Notes under the pieces: generated by a model
What the model was told of the DNA's origin: nothing
Databases searched by the model: none
What the model saw: only the letters and a program-made list of their open reading frames with translations
Shown: positions 49,008 to 60,770 of the stretch, piece by piece
Position numbering within the stretch: the first letter of the stretch is position 1
How the letters are laid out: every line of letters begins with the position of its first letter
Program-made: the position numbers and the translations under genes
NCBI GenBank assembly: GCA_019653755.1
Contig: BPCL01000004.1
Location: 71,578-135,577 of the forward strand
DNA from: Woeseia sp.
Lineage (GTDB): Bacteria; Pseudomonadota; Gammaproteobacteria; Steroidobacterales; UBA11654
Length of the DNA stretch: 64,000 nucleotides
Reading direction: 5' to 3'

Positions 49008-49792
49008 TTGAAAAATATACAGAATATATCCTTCTTATACTGGCAACTTTCATTGTTTCATGCAGCAAAGATGAAGCCACTGACATGAGATCATCTTCAG
49101 AAGTTATTTATGAAAGGGCCAAGTATGCAATGGATAATGGCAACTTTAGAAATGCTGTCAATTATCTTGAAGTGCTGACAACATCGTTTCCTTTTAGCAA
49201 TGAAGCAAAGCAAGCTCAGCTAGATCTTATCTACACTCATTATCGGAGTTCTTCTTTTGAAGAGGCGATTGATGAAGCCAAACAATTTGAAAAAGAAAAT
49301 CCAACCCACCCAAGAGTTGATTATGCCTTATACATGAGAGGAATCTCATTGTTTGAAGGACAACATCAGTGGTATCACGAAATATTTGACGTGGATTTGA
49401 CTGAACGACCACCTTCAAAAACTGAAGAAGCTTTCTCAGTTTTCTCACAATTATTAAGGAGGTACCCTGAAAGTATTTATATTGATGACGCTACACAGAG
49501 AATGATTTTTTTAAGGAACAGATTGGCAAGATATGAAAATCATGTAGCACAACACTACTTGGAAAGAGGTGCATATATTGCAGCAATTAACCGAGCTAAA
49601 TACGCTCTGGAACAATACAGCGGTGCTCCTGCAACTATAGAATCCTTGGAAATTATTGCCAAAGCATACAATAGCCTTGGAATGGATGATCTAGCTGAAC
49701 AAGCAGAAAGTATTTTCCTAGCTAATCAAACTAAAGATCCAAATCAAACAATCGTCCTAGAAGAAAGTGAACCTTGGTATAAATTCTGGTAA
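49008..49792 (+). CDS. bamD: Outer-membrane assembly lipoprotein BamD
   Basis: Lipoprotein signal ...ILLILATFIVSC upstream of the tracked ATG; QAQLDLIY, PTHPRVDYALYMRG, LRNRLARYE, YIAAINRA; exact start uncertain. Confidence 0.92.
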
Positions 49793-49796
49793 TTGA

Positions 49797-50669
49797 TTAG
49801 CCAACCAGCACGGATTTCATTTTCTCACCTATTAACGCAGGCGATTCAACAGTATAAACACCCGCCTCTTGCAATGCTTCATATTTACTTGCAGCAGTAC
49901 CTTCTTTTCCGGTAACAATTGCTCCAGCATGTCCCATTCTTTTTCCTGGGGGAGCTGACACTCCAGCGATGTATGCAACAACCGGCTTAGTGACGTTATT
50001 TTTAATAAATTCTGCTGCTTTCTCTTCATCAGAACCGCCTATTTCTCCTACTAAGACGATCCCTTGAGTATCTGGATCAGCTTCAAAGAGCTTTAAACAA
50101 TCAATAAAATTAATGCCCTTGATAGGATCTCCGCCAATACCAATACAGGTGCTTTGACCCAATCCATGTTTAGTGGTTTGATCAACCGCTTCATAGGTAA
50201 GAGTTCCAGATCTTGAGATAATACCAATGGATCCTTTTTGATGAATAAAACCCGGCATGATGCCTATCTTGGCTTCATCTGGTGTAATTATGCCCGGACA
50301 GTTGGGCCCTAGAAGAATTGAAGATGAATCTTTTAGACGCGCCTTGACCTTGATCATGTCAGCAACAGGAATCCCTTCGGTAATGCAAACAACGAGTCCA
50401 ATTTCAGCCTCGATAGCGGCAATAATGGCTTCAGCTGCAAATTTTGGAGGAACAAAAATCATACTCACATCAAATTCAAGACTTTCACTAGCCTCACTCA
50501 CTGAATTAAATACTGGAACACCCAAGTGTTCTTGCCCTCCTCTTCCTGGGGTAACCCCGCCAACTATATTGGAGCCATAATCAATACATTGTTGGGAATG
50601 AAATGTTCCTTGTGATCCTGTGATTCCTTGGCAGATGATCTTTGAAGATGAATTGACTAAAACACTCAT
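49797..50669 (-). CDS. sucD: Succinyl-CoA synthetase alpha subunit
   Basis: [28 protein letters not shown]. Confidence 0.97.
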   Translation of the reverse strand: MSVLVNSSSKIICQGITGSQGTFHSQQCIDYGSNIVGGVTPGRGGQEHLGVPVFNSVSEASESLEFDVSMIFVPPKFAAEAIIAAIEAEIGLVVCITEGIPVADMIKVKARLKDSSSILLGPNCPGIITPDEAKIGIMPGFIHQKGSIGIISRSGTLTYEAVDQTTKHGLGQSTCIGIGGDPIKGINFIDCLKLFEADPDTQGIVLVGEIGGSDEEKAAEFIKNNVTKPVVAYIAGVSAPPGKRMGHAGAIVTGKEGTAASKYEALQEAGVYTVESPALIGEKMKSVLVG

Positions 50670-51833
50670 TAGCTATCCTTTACTGCATTGACAATCTTTA
50701 AAGCAGCATCTGTTAAGTCGTCTGCGGGTATGACCTTCAAGTCTGATTTACTCAATAATTCCTTACCGAGATCAACATTAGTTCCCTCCAATCTAACCAC
50801 AATAGGAACATTGATATCGACTTACCAACTGCAGCAATAATACCCTCTGCAATCACATCACACCTTACAATCCCACCGAAGATATTGACCAAGATCCCTT
50901 TGACTTTCGGGTTCTCCATAATAATATCAAAGGCAGATTTAACTCTATCTGGTGTAGCGCCGCCACCCACATCTAAAAAATTAGCGGGTTCGCCACCATG
51001 TAATTTAATGACATCCATTGTAGCCATGGCTAATCCTGCGCCATTAACCATACATGCAATTTCGCCATCCAAAGAAACATAACTTAAGTCGTTTTCCGAA
51101 GCTTTAACTTCGAGCTTGTCTTCTTGGTTAGGATCTTTCATAAGACTTAAATCTTCTTGTCTAAATAAAGCATTACTATCAATAGACATCTTAGAATCTA
51201 GAGCAATAAGATGATTTTTCTCATCCAATATGAGTGGATTGATCTCGATTAAATCTGAGTCTTTAGACACAGCTAATGAAAATAATTTAGTTGAATGTCT
51301 ATAAATTCAGTAACGGCACTATTTTTTAGGCCAAGGCTATCCGCCATAGAGGATAATTCAGTCTCTTTTAATCCATGTTTAGGGTCAATAGTGTATCTAA
51401 TAATCTTTTCAGGAGACACATCAGCGACAGTTTCGATATCCATTCCTCCTTCAGAGGATCCGATAAATGTCCAAGACTCCTGTGCCCTATCGATGAGTAA
51501 ACTCAAATAATATTCAGATGCAATAGATGTCCCTGATTCAATATAAACAACATCTACAGGCAAACCTTTATCATCGGTTTGCTTTGTAACCAAGTTAGAA
51601 CCGAGCATTGAACTAGCGATACTCTCAACCTCATCAATACTTTTTGTAATTTTAACTCCGCCAGCTTTGCCTCTTCCTCCGGCATGAACCTGTGCTTTTA
51701 TTACCCATGTGTCGACCTTCAGATCTTCGGCAATTTTCCTTGCTTGATCAGGAGTTGAGGCTACACCTCCTTCTAGAACAGGTATTCCAACATCTGAGAA
51801 CAATTGCTTTGATTGGTATTCGTGTAAATTCAT
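50669..51833 (-). CDS. sucC: Succinyl-CoA synthetase beta subunit (two probable sequencing frameshifts)
   Basis: [47 protein letters not shown]. Confidence 0.95.
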
Positions 51834-51923
51834 TTATCGAAAAACTAAAAAATAATCACTGAGTTATAACAAAAGGCTATTTTCATCTAAACTAGTAGGT
51901 AATTAAACCTTTTTATTAATTTT

Positions 51924-52535
51924 ATGAATGAGACTTTTAAAATTGGACTAACAGGAGGGATTGCTTCTGGGAAAACTACAGTCTGCAATCTTTTCAAAGA
52001 CTTATCAGTAGAAATCATCGATGCCGATGTAATCTCTCATGAATTAAGCAAAAAAGGTGGAGCTGCATTTGAAGAAATTATTGAAGCTTTTGAAGATGAA
52101 ATTATTGGTAATGATGGAGAGCTTGATAGAAAAAAACTTCGTTCAATAGTTTTCAATGACGATAGTAAAAAGAAGATGTTAGAGGGGATTATTCATCCTA
52201 AAGTATTATTAAGCATTAATGAAAAAATTAAAGCTTCACAATCTGATTATCTGATTATCTCTGTGCCACTTATGATAGAAACAGGAATGAATGCGATGAT
52301 GGATAGAGTTCTTTTAATAGACTGCAATGTCGAAACACAAATAGAAAGATTAAGCCAAAGAGACCAATCATCTCGAGAGGAAGCTATCAAAATCATCGAA
52401 AGCCAGGCCTCCATAGAGTCTAAAAGAGAATTATCAGATGACAGGATTATAAATAATAATGAAACTTCCATTGAAGAATTAACATTAAAAGTAAAAGAAT
52501 TGGATGATTTTTATAGAAATCTTAATCATAAGTAG
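51924..52535 (+). CDS. coaE: Dephospho-CoA kinase
   Basis: GLTGGIASGKT, DAD, LDRKKLR, IIHP. Confidence 0.96.
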   Translation: MNETFKIGLTGGIASGKTTVCNLFKDLSVEIIDADVISHELSKKGGAAFEEIIEAFEDEIIGNDGELDRKKLRSIVFNDDSKKKMLEGIIHPKVLLSINEKIKASQSDYLIISVPLMIETGMNAMMDRVLLIDCNVETQIERLSQRDQSSREEAIKIIESQASIESKRELSDDRIINNNETSIEELTLKVKELDDFYRNLNHK

Positions 52536-52577
52536 ATATAAAGATTACCCCACCAAGAAAGTAAATAATTATCTAGT

Positions 52578-53336
52578 ATGGAACAAGGAATATACGAATT
52601 ACCTTTGAATGAGAGATTGAGGACGTTCATGCGAATTGAATTTCTTTATTCTAGACTAAAATATTTTTCTTCCAATTTAGATGATAATTGGCAAACGAGA
52701 ACGGTCATCCATACCCTATTAGAGATCTATTCGATTCTATCTAGAACAGATGTAAGACGTGAGGTCTTAGCAGATCTCGACAGGTACATAATGCAAATGC
52801 AGCGTTTCCAGTCGGCACCTGATGCAGATAACAATATGGTTAATGATGTCTTAGAAGATCTAGATTCAATAAAAGATCAAGTCGTGGACATTGGAACTGA
52901 TTATCTTTTGAAATTAAGAGAAGATGAATTCATAGCATCACTTCTTCATCGGCATACACTTCCTGGAGGTAAGGCAGAGTTTGATATGCCAAAGTATAAA
53001 TTTTTTCTTGAATCGCATAAAAAAAATGTAGTTGTCCAGATTAATAGCTGGATTGATGTTATGAGGCCTATTTGTGAAGGAATAGACAAATTAATGTGGA
53101 TCATAAGAGAGAGCAATGAACCTATTGCTACAGTTGCAGTGGGAGGCCAATATAATCATCAAATAGAAAGACGAACTCAAATCTCATTAGTTAGAATAAT
53201 AACTAACGACACTAATGTTTACCCCGAGATTAGTGGCGGAAGACATTTGATTGCGGTGAGATTTTTTAACCAAAATAGAGATGGTGAATACGTACAATTT
53301 GAAGATAACGTCGAATTCAAGATCTCTCTATGCTAA
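52578..53336 (+). CDS. zapD: Cell division protein ZapD
   Basis: YELPLNERLRTFMRIE, PGGKAEFDMP, YPEISGGRH...RF; follows coaE. Confidence 0.93.
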   Translation: MEQGIYELPLNERLRTFMRIEFLYSRLKYFSSNLDDNWQTRTVIHTLLEIYSILSRTDVRREVLADLDRYIMQMQRFQSAPDADNNMVNDVLEDLDSIKDQVVDIGTDYLLKLREDEFIASLLHRHTLPGGKAEFDMPKYKFFLESHKKNVVVQINSWIDVMRPICEGIDKLMWIIRESNEPIATVAVGGQYNHQIERRTQISLVRIITNDTNVYPEISGGRHLIAVRFFNQNRDGEYVQFEDNVEFKISLC

Positions 53337-53751
53337 AAATATTAGTTAATGTTTCTACAATTGATTTGCTTCCAGGAATAATCTTTACTTTGTTAAGATC
53401 TTGAATATCAACCCATACAATTTGCTCTTTTTCATTGGCAATAGGATCCCCCTTATAACTTTTGATTAAAAATGGGTGAAGCTCAACGCCAAAAGCATCA
53501 TATTCATATATATAGCTTCCCATGGGGGAAATGTCTTTGATGGAAATACCTAACTCTTCTTTAAGCTCTCTTTTTAGGGCTATCCTAGGTGTTTCATCAA
53601 GTTCTTTTTTACCGCCAGGAAATTCGAGGTAATCAGGAAAATCAGTTTTGTGTGTTCTTGTGCTCAAAAGAACCTCATTACTTGAATTCTTTAAAACGCC
53701 AACAACTACTTGTGTGAGATTATTTTTATTGCTACTGCTCAATAGAACCAT
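53317..53751 (-). CDS. mutT: MutT-like Nudix hydrolase
   Basis: Nudix box [27 protein letters not shown]; downstream of secA; start approximate. Confidence 0.85.
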   Translation of the reverse strand: MVLLSSSNKNNLTQVVVGVLKNSSNEVLLSTRTHKTDFPDYLEFPGGKKELDETPRIALKRELKEELGISIKDISPMGSYIYEYDAFGVELHPFLIKSYKGDPIANEKEQIVWVDIQDLNKVKIIPGSKSIVETLTNIFSIERS

Positions 53752-56443
53752 GACATTTTTTATACTTCTTTCCAGAGCCGCAAGGACAAGGTTCATTTCT
53801 TCCAATCTTTTTCTGATCTCTCACAAATGGCATGGCCGTCTGCCTAGCTTTATTAGATGAAGATTGATCCGATCCAAATGTTGAAATATTCTTGTGCTTA
53901 AGTTCAACGTTTTCAACATCAGGAGCTTGTTCGTTTACCGCCTCAGCATCCTCTTCTCCCCTAAATCTAGCCCTTGAAAGAATGCTGATAACATTGAATT
54001 TAAGTTGGTCCATCATAAATGAAAACATCTCAAAAGATTCTCGTTTATACTCTTGCTTTGGATTTTTCTGTGCATAGCCTCTCAAATGTATGCCTTGTCT
54101 CAAATGATCCATTGCTGCAAGATGTTCTCGCCATTGCATATCAAGTTGCTGTAGCATGACTGCCTTCTCTATTTCTCTCATTGGTCTTTCGCCAATTGAA
54201 TTTTCTTTTGTGCTGTAATTCCTGGTATATTCTTCAAAAATAATCTTCCAAATATTTTCTGAATTAATTGAGTCGTCCTGATTGATTATTGACTCTAGGT
54301 CTAGGGAAATTAAAAAATCATTGTAAATGGATTGCTCTAGCCCGCCTAAATCCCAACTTTCTTCCATGGAATCTGGTTCAATATACTGTGAGGTTAGTTC
54401 TTGTATAGATTCTTCACTTATGCCTACGATCATATCATTGATGCTATCTTCCGATAAGATATCGCTTCTTAATTGATAAATAACTGATCGTTGATCATTA
54501 GCCACATCATCGTATTCAAGGAGGTTCTTTCTAATGTCAAAGTTATGAGATTCAACCTTCCTCTGAGCTCGTTCAATTTGTCGTGTTAACAAATTACTTT
54601 CAATAGCCTCTCCTTCCTCCATGCCCACTCTCGACAACATGCTTTGCGTTTTTTCTGGATCACCAAAGATTCTCAATAAATCATCGTCTAGAGATAGGTA
54701 AAATCGACTTGAACCCGGATCACCTTGCCTGCCTGATCTACCTCTAAGCTGGTTATCGATTCGTCTCGATTCATGTCTTTCCGTTCCAATAATATGAAGC
54801 CCACCAGCTTCAATAACATCATCGTGTATTTTTTGCCAATCCAGTTTCATTTGTGAAATCTTTTCTTCGTCTAAATTCTCTTTTGAAAGCTTTATTTCTG
54901 CATCAATATTGCCACCTAAAACTATATCAGTTCCCCTCCCAGCCATATTAGTGGCTATAGTCACAGAGCCTGGTTTACCCGCTTGAGCAATAATCATTGA
55001 TTCCTTTTTATGTTGCTTCGCGTTCAAAACTTGGTGCTTTATGCCTTCCTTGCTTAGCAACTGGGATATGTATTCAGAATTCTCAATTGAAGCTGTCCCA
55101 ACCAAGATGGGCTGATCCTTTTCTTGCCTCTGCTTTATGTCTTCAATAATATTTTTAAATTTACCATCTCGATTTAAATACACTAAATCAGCATGATCAT
55201 CCCTAATCATTTTTTCGTGTGTAGGTATGACCACAACTTCAAGACCATAAATTTGCTGAAACTCAAATGCCTCTGTATCTGCTGTACCTGTCATTCCTGA
55301 GAGCTTGTCATAAAGTCTAAAATAATTTTGGAATGTAATTGAAGCTATCGTCTGATTCTCTTCCTTGATATTAAGATTCTCTTTTGCTTCAACAGCCTGA
55401 TGTAGGCCATCAGACCATCTTCTTCCTGCCATTGTTCTGCCTGTAAATTCATCAACAATAACCACTTCACCGTCTTTAACAATATAGTCCACATCTTTAT
55501 TGAATAATTTATGGGCTCTAATAGCGGCGTTGATATGATGCATAAACTTTATATTTTTTGGATCGTACAAACTATCTCCCTGTTGAAGCATATTCATGCC
55601 ATGGAGTATGTTTTCAACATTGGAATGGCCTTCTTCTGTGAGATAGATCTGTTTGACCTTTTCATCAATCGTATAATCTCCAGTTTCTGATTCGCTAGAT
55701 CCAGATTTTAGTTTATGAACTATAGAATTCATCTTCTGATAGAGTTCAGTGCTCTGATCTGCTTGACCAGAGATAATTAAAGGGGTTCTTGCTTCATCAA
55801 TAAGAATAGAGTCAACTTCATCAACGATAGCGAATGAAAGATCCCCTTGAGATTGCATCCCTTCCTCATAAGATAAATTGTCTCTCAAATAATCAAAACC
55901 AAATTCATTGTTGGTGCCATAAGTAATATCAGCCTCATAAGCTGTCTTTCTCTCAGGAGGATTCTGATTAGATTTAATGCATCCTACAGTTAAACCAAGA
56001 AACTCATATATAGGCCTCATCCAATCAGCATCTCTCTGAGCTAAATACTCATTTACAGTTATGATGTGAACACTTTTACCAGACAGTGCATTCAGATAAG
56101 CAGGCAGGGTTGACACCAGTGTTTTGCCCTCTCCAGTTTTCATTTCTGAAATTTTGCCTTCATGGAGCGTAATGCCGCCAATAAGCTGGACATCATAGTG
56201 TCTAAGTCCTAATGTTCTTTTTGAGGCCTCTCTTACAACAGCAAAGGCTTCAGGTAAAATATCATCAAAGCTCTCTGACTCTTCATATAAGGATCTAAGC
56301 TTGTCTGTCTTTGCCTTCAAATCATGATCACTAAGCTCAGATAACTCATCTTCCAATGCATTAACCTTGTCTACAATCGTTGAATATTGATTTAATAATC
56401 TCTGATTGCTGCTGCCAAAAATCTTTGTAAAAAAACCTTTCAA
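53732..56443 (-). CDS. secA: Preprotein translocase ATPase SecA
   Basis: [42 protein letters not shown] motif [18 protein letters not shown]. Confidence 0.98.
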   Translation of the reverse strand: MKGFFTKIFGSSNQRLLNQYSTIVDKVNALEDELSELSDHDLKAKTDKLRSLYEESESFDDILPEAFAVVREASKRTLGLRHYDVQLIGGITLHEGKISEMKTGEGKTLVSTLPAYLNALSGKSVHIITVNEYLAQRDADWMRPIYEFLGLTVGCIKSNQNPPERKTAYEADITYGTNNEFGFDYLRDNLSYEEGMQSQGDLSFAIVDEVDSILIDEARTPLIISGQADQSTELYQKMNSIVHKLKSGSSESETGDYTIDEKVKQIYLTEEGHSNVENILHGMNMLQQGDSLYDPKNIKFMHHINAAIRAHKLFNKDVDYIVKDGEVVIVDEFTGRTMAGRRWSDGLHQAVEAKENLNIKEENQTIASITFQNYFRLYDKLSGMTGTADTEAFEFQQIYGLEVVVIPTHEKMIRDDHADLVYLNRDGKFKNIIEDIKQRQEKDQPILVGTASIENSEYISQLLSKEGIKHQVLNAKQHKKESMIIAQAGKPGSVTIATNMAGRGTDIVLGGNIDAEIKLSKENLDEEKISQMKLDWQKIHDDVIEAGGLHIIGTERHESRRIDNQLRGRSGRQGDPGSSRFYLSLDDDLLRIFGDPEKTQSMLSRVGMEEGEAIESNLLTRQIERAQRKVESHNFDIRKNLLEYDDVANDQRSVIYQLRSDILSEDSINDMIVGISEESIQELTSQYIEPDSMEESWDLGGLEQSIYNDFLISLDLESIINQDDSINSENIWKIIFEEYTRNYSTKENSIGERPMREIEKAVMLQQLDMQWREHLAAMDHLRQGIHLRGYAQKNPKQEYKRESFEMFSFMMDQLKFNVISILSRARFRGEEDAEAVNEQAPDVENVELKHKNISTFGSDQSSSNKARQTAMPFVRDQKKIGRNEPCPCGSGKKYKKCHGSIEQ

Positions 56444-56559
56444 AACTGCCTCTATATTTTATTCAACACATAAGTAACTATCTGCTAGCTTAAATGAATT
56501 GATATTATAACCTTAAGGACAAGAATAATATCATTCATAAACTATGAAATAACAACAGA

Positions 56560-56844
56560 ATGAAACACATTTCGGACATAATAAAAAACGGTTTGAGTAA
56601 TTTAGGTAAAATGACTCAATCAGTAGAAGAGAAAACGGCTCTCTTAAAGCATTTACAAAAAAACTTACCCAACTTTGGGTCGTCTATAAAAAGTGCATAT
56701 ATAAACAAGAACAATGTCTTAATTATAGGATCTGAAAATGCTGAGATTTCATCAAGAATAAGATTTGAAGAAATTCAAATAAGAAAACTATGCAAGGATA
56801 TTGAGATTAATCCAAAAAAGATAAAGTTTATTGTCGAGCCCTGA
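56560..56844 (+). CDS. Probable DciA/DUF721 family protein
   Basis: Small protein on the opposite strand between lpxC and secA (canonical position); LIIGSENAEISSRIRF resembles the family core. Confidence 0.65.
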   Translation: MKHISDIIKNGLSNLGKMTQSVEEKTALLKHLQKNLPNFGSSIKSAYINKNNVLIIGSENAEISSRIRFEEIQIRKLCKDIEINPKKIKFIVEP

Positions 56845-56845
56845 G

Positions 56846-57760
56846 CTAAGCTTTGCCTAAAGCAGCGGTCCAATATGAGATAGGAATATCAGTAATTTCT
56901 GACTCCTGAACTTCTTCCCAAGCAGTTTCATCAGCATAGAGCTTTCTGATCAGTTTATTGTTTAACTCATGCCCTGATTTGAAACCGTTAAACTCACCAA
57001 CTAAGATGTGGCCCATTAGATATAAGTCACCAATAGCATCTAAAATCTTATGCCTAACTAATTCATCATCAAACCTTAAGCCATCCTGGTTTAATATCCG
57101 ATAGTCATCAAGAACAATTGCATTATCTAAACTGCCTCCAAGCGCTAAATTATTTGCTCTTAGAGTCTCAATTTCCTTTAAAAAGCCAAACGTTCTTGCT
57201 CTTGAGATTTGATCCAGAAAATTGAGAGTTGAAAAATCAAAAGTAAACTCGGTTAATTTATTTTGAATCATAGGGTGTTCAAACTCTATTTGGAAACTAA
57301 GCCGGTAACCGTTATAAGGTTTAAACTCAGCAAACTTACCGTCGTCCTCGACTCTTACATTTTTTTTAATTCTAAGAAATTTCTTGGGTGCTTTCTGCTC
57401 CTTGATACCTGCTAATTCAACCAGAAGGATAAAAGATGCTGCACTACCGTCCATAATAGGTACCTCTGGGCCATGAATATCCACATAAGCATTATCAATT
57501 CCCAATCCAGAAAAAGCAGCCAATAGATGTTCAACGGTCATGATTGAGGCATCATTCTGAGTTATTGTTGTTCCTAGCTTTGTGTCTGTGACATTGTGAG
57601 CATTGGCTTGAATCTCCTGCACAGGATCAATATCTAATCTCCTAAAACGGATACCAATATCCTCAGAAGCAGGCCTAAGAGTCATCTCAACCCTCTGTCC
57701 TGTATGCAAACCTACACCTGCAGCAGAAATAGGCTTATCCAATGTCCTTTGATGCAGCAT
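56846..57760 (-). CDS. lpxC: UDP-3-O-acyl-N-acetylglucosamine deacetylase
   Basis: QRTL, GVGLHTG, TVEHLL, EVPIMDGS, RARTFGF, HKILDAIGD; start ATG 57760 after an AGAGG RBS. Confidence 0.97.
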   Translation of the reverse strand: MLHQRTLDKPISAAGVGLHTGQRVEMTLRPASEDIGIRFRRLDIDPVQEIQANAHNVTDTKLGTTITQNDASIMTVEHLLAAFSGLGIDNAYVDIHGPEVPIMDGSAASFILLVELAGIKEQKAPKKFLRIKKNVRVEDDGKFAEFKPYNGYRLSFQIEFEHPMIQNKLTEFTFDFSTLNFLDQISRARTFGFLKEIETLRANNLALGGSLDNAIVLDDYRILNQDGLRFDDELVRHKILDAIGDLYLMGHILVGEFNGFKSGHELNNKLIRKLYADETAWEEVQESEITDIPISYWTAALGKA

Positions 57761-57850
57761 TATATTAATACCTCTTTGTATCATGCCCATAAATCAGGTA
57801 AAGACTATCATAGATAGAGAATATTACTCAACTCTTTGTTTTTTATAGAT

Positions 57851-59083
57851 TTATAGATTTGTCTTAAACCAATCTCTGGTTTTCTCGATTAAAGATCCAG
57901 AGGATTTCTGTTTTATCAATTCTTCTGGGTTAGATTGAAACTTCTTAAGCGCGTATAAAAGTAAGCCTGCACCAGTCGCATTTTCTGGGCTATTAATTGT
58001 TTCAAAAGCACCGCTCATTGGTTTGGGATAACCAAGTCTGACGTCTGAGGAAAAAACTTCTTCTGCAAGCTCAACAGCACCGGCCAACTGAGAAGTTCCC
58101 CCTGTTAAAACAATGCCAGCTCTGAGATTATCAGTGTTCATCTTACCTATCTCTTCTAGAACAACTTCAAACAATTCCCTGTATCTTTGTTCAACAACTG
58201 CAGAGAGAATCTTTATGTCAGTATTTCTAGGAGCTCTATCGCCAACACTAGGTACTTCTATTGATTCCCCAGTTCCATTCAGATGAGATAAAGTACAAGC
58301 ATGTTCTATCTTCAATGCTTCAGCACTTTCAATGGGGGTTTTTAGCTCATGAGCAATATCCTTGGTGACGTGATCTCCTCCTATTGGAATAACCTTCGTC
58401 GTTAATATTTGTCCATCCTTGAAAATAGCAATATCTGTTGTTCCGCCGCCAATATCAATTAAGCAGGCCCCAAGATCCTTTTCATCTTTTGACAAAACGG
58501 ACATGCTTGAAGCCAAAGGCTCTAAAACAATCTCTTGAACCTCTAAATCACACCTTTCCAGAGATTTAATAATATTCTCTTCAGCACTTCTTGAGATAGT
58601 AACAATATGAACATCTGCCTCAAGCCTGATTCCAGACATACCAATTGGGTCCCTGATACCTTCTTGGCCATCAATAATATAATCCTTTGGCAAGACATGA
58701 AGAATCCTTTCCTCAGACGGGATTTTCATGGCCTTTGAAGCATCTATAGCTCCTTCCACATCACTATAGTCAACCTCACCACTGTTAATTCTTACAAACC
58801 CATGTCCATCATAGCTCCTCACATGGCTTCCAGCGATTCCAGCGAATACTGTATTGATTTCACAATCTGCAAACTTTTCCGCCTGCTCTATAGCTTGAGC
58901 AATCGAATCAACCGTAGATTCAATATTTACAACTACCCCTTTCTTTAATCCGCTAGATTTATATGTTCCTGTTCCAATTATCTTTAGGTCAGATTCATGA
59001 TTAATCTCAGCTATTAGGACAACAATTTTTGAAGTGCCTATATCAACAGCTGCAATAATTTCATTAGAGTTAGTTCTAGCCAT
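57851..59083 (-). CDS. ftsA: Cell division protein FtsA
   Basis: DIGTSKI, DIGGGTTD, GIVLTGG, C-terminal amphipathic helix LIEKTRDWFKTNL. Confidence 0.96.
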   Translation of the reverse strand: MARTNSNEIIAAVDIGTSKIVVLIAEINHESDLKIIGTGTYKSSGLKKGVVVNIESTVDSIAQAIEQAEKFADCEINTVFAGIAGSHVRSYDGHGFVRINSGEVDYSDVEGAIDASKAMKIPSEERILHVLPKDYIIDGQEGIRDPIGMSGIRLEADVHIVTISRSAEENIIKSLERCDLEVQEIVLEPLASSMSVLSKDEKDLGACLIDIGGGTTDIAIFKDGQILTTKVIPIGGDHVTKDIAHELKTPIESAEALKIEHACTLSHLNGTGESIEVPSVGDRAPRNTDIKILSAVVEQRYRELFEVVLEEIGKMNTDNLRAGIVLTGGTSQLAGAVELAEEVFSSDVRLGYPKPMSGAFETINSPENATGAGLLLYALKKFQSNPEELIKQKSSGSLIEKTRDWFKTNL

Positions 59084-59089
59084 TATTTA

Positions 59090-59835
59090 TTACTGATTCT
59101 TCCTTTTAATCACAAATCCTTCTGAATATCTAAGATCAATATAAGAAATTAATTCAAAATTTTCTAATAGAGATTGGTCCCAAACAGTTAAAAATCTCTC
59201 AAAACGTTCTTCTGTATTCTCTTCTCCAAGCTTAATTTTAATTGATGGACGAACGGTTATTACCCATGAACCCCTCAAATCTAGCTCTATCTCTTCAATC
59301 AAAATACCTCTTGTTACTAATTCATCATTATATAACTTGTATCTAGTGTAGACCTCATTCTCTCGATCTTCTGGTCCAAAAAATTGGATTAACTCATCAG
59401 GAACAACTCGTTGGTCTAAAGCATATAACTCACCAGATGAATTCAGCAGAAGTCTTTCATTCCATAGACCAATAACATCATCTTCTATAAGAATAAGATT
59501 AATAGTATTGGGCCATTGTTTATTTATTTTTACAGATTTAACCCAATCGATAGCTTCTAATTTACCCTTATATTTAGCTGATTGACTGTTAAAAAACCTT
59601 GATTTTTAAGCTCTAAGACAACAGTTTCTATACCCTTCTTGGAAATCCTTTTGAGATCTCCCTCAATATTTATTGATGTTATAGGCTGATTAATAGAAAC
59701 ATAGATAAAGCCAAACACGAATAAAATGAAAAAGATTAGAAGAAAGGGTTTGAAAAGACTTCTTTTCTTTCCTTGGTTGAAATTTTTAAAGAAAGTGAAA
59801 CTTTTTTTCTTATTTTTTTTATTTGATTTAAACAA
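59090..59835 (-). CDS. ftsQ: Cell division protein FtsQ (frameshift near 59575)
   Basis: Basic N-terminus, single TM, POTRA region, YIDLRYSEGF; between ddl and ftsA. Confidence 0.88.
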
Positions 59836-59842
59836 TATGGCT

Positions 59843-60766
59843 TTATTCGCTTGTATTTTTGAGAATCTCTAAACAGAGAGAATTAAAATCTATTCCTTCT
59901 TCTTTAGCGGCCATGGGAACCAAGCTATGACTTGTCATACCTGGTACTGTATTAATTTCAAGTATTACAGGTTGATTATCATCATTGATAAAAAAATCCA
60001 GTCTGCCCCAACCTCTTACATCGAAAAGTTCAAAAATAGACAAGCACTCCCTTTTGATGCTCTCCTCAACACCTTTATCTAATTCGCTTGGACAAATATA
60101 CTGAGTCTCGTCGCTAAAATACTTAGCTTCATAGTTATAAAATTCTTCATTACTTGCATCAATTTTTACCAAAGGCATTACTTGGTTATTTAAATAAGCA
60201 GCAGTGTACTCTGCGCCGTCAAAATATTCCTCAGCAATGATCCAATCATTTAATTGCTGAAGCTCTTTGTATTTCTCCTTGTAAGCAGACTCTTCATCAA
60301 TAATATAAACCCCTAAACTGGATCCCTGAGAGCAAGGCTTAATAATAAAAGGAGATCCTAAGGACTCTGAAATCTCTGAGTAAGATTTAGCTTCATCTAA
60401 CAATAAGAAATCTGGTGTCTGATAATTGTTGGCAATTAGGATCCTTTTGGTAAACAGCTTATTCATCGTCAATGAACAAGACAGTGTCCGACTACCTGTG
60501 TAAGGTATATCTGATAGTTCCAATAAACTTTGAATTTTACCGTCCTCTCCGTCTGCTCCATGAAGAGCCACCCATACATTATCGAATTGTTCTTCTGATA
60601 AGCGTTTGAGAAAAGGCTCCTTAGCATCGATCAGGTAGGCATCAACGCCTTTTTGCTTTAGTGCCTTATAGACTGCTTCACCAGAAATTAGAGATATGTC
60701 TCGCTCTGGTGAAATGCCACCATATAGAACCGCAACCTTCCCGAATTCACTCTCTGCTGTTGACAT
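59843..60766 (-). CDS. ddl: D-alanine-D-alanine ligase
   Basis: GGISPERDISL, LHGADGEDG, QGSSLG, YEAKY, EINTVPGMT. Confidence 0.97.
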   Translation of the reverse strand: MSTAESEFGKVAVLYGGISPERDISLISGEAVYKALKQKGVDAYLIDAKEPFLKRLSEEQFDNVWVALHGADGEDGKIQSLLELSDIPYTGSRTLSCSLTMNKLFTKRILIANNYQTPDFLLLDEAKSYSEISESLGSPFIIKPCSQGSSLGVYIIDEESAYKEKYKELQQLNDWIIAEEYFDGAEYTAAYLNNQVMPLVKIDASNEEFYNYEAKYFSDETQYICPSELDKGVEESIKRECLSIFELFDVRGWGRLDFFINDDNQPVILEINTVPGMTSHSLVPMAAKEEGIDFNSLCLEILKNTSE

Positions 60767-60770
60767 GATT

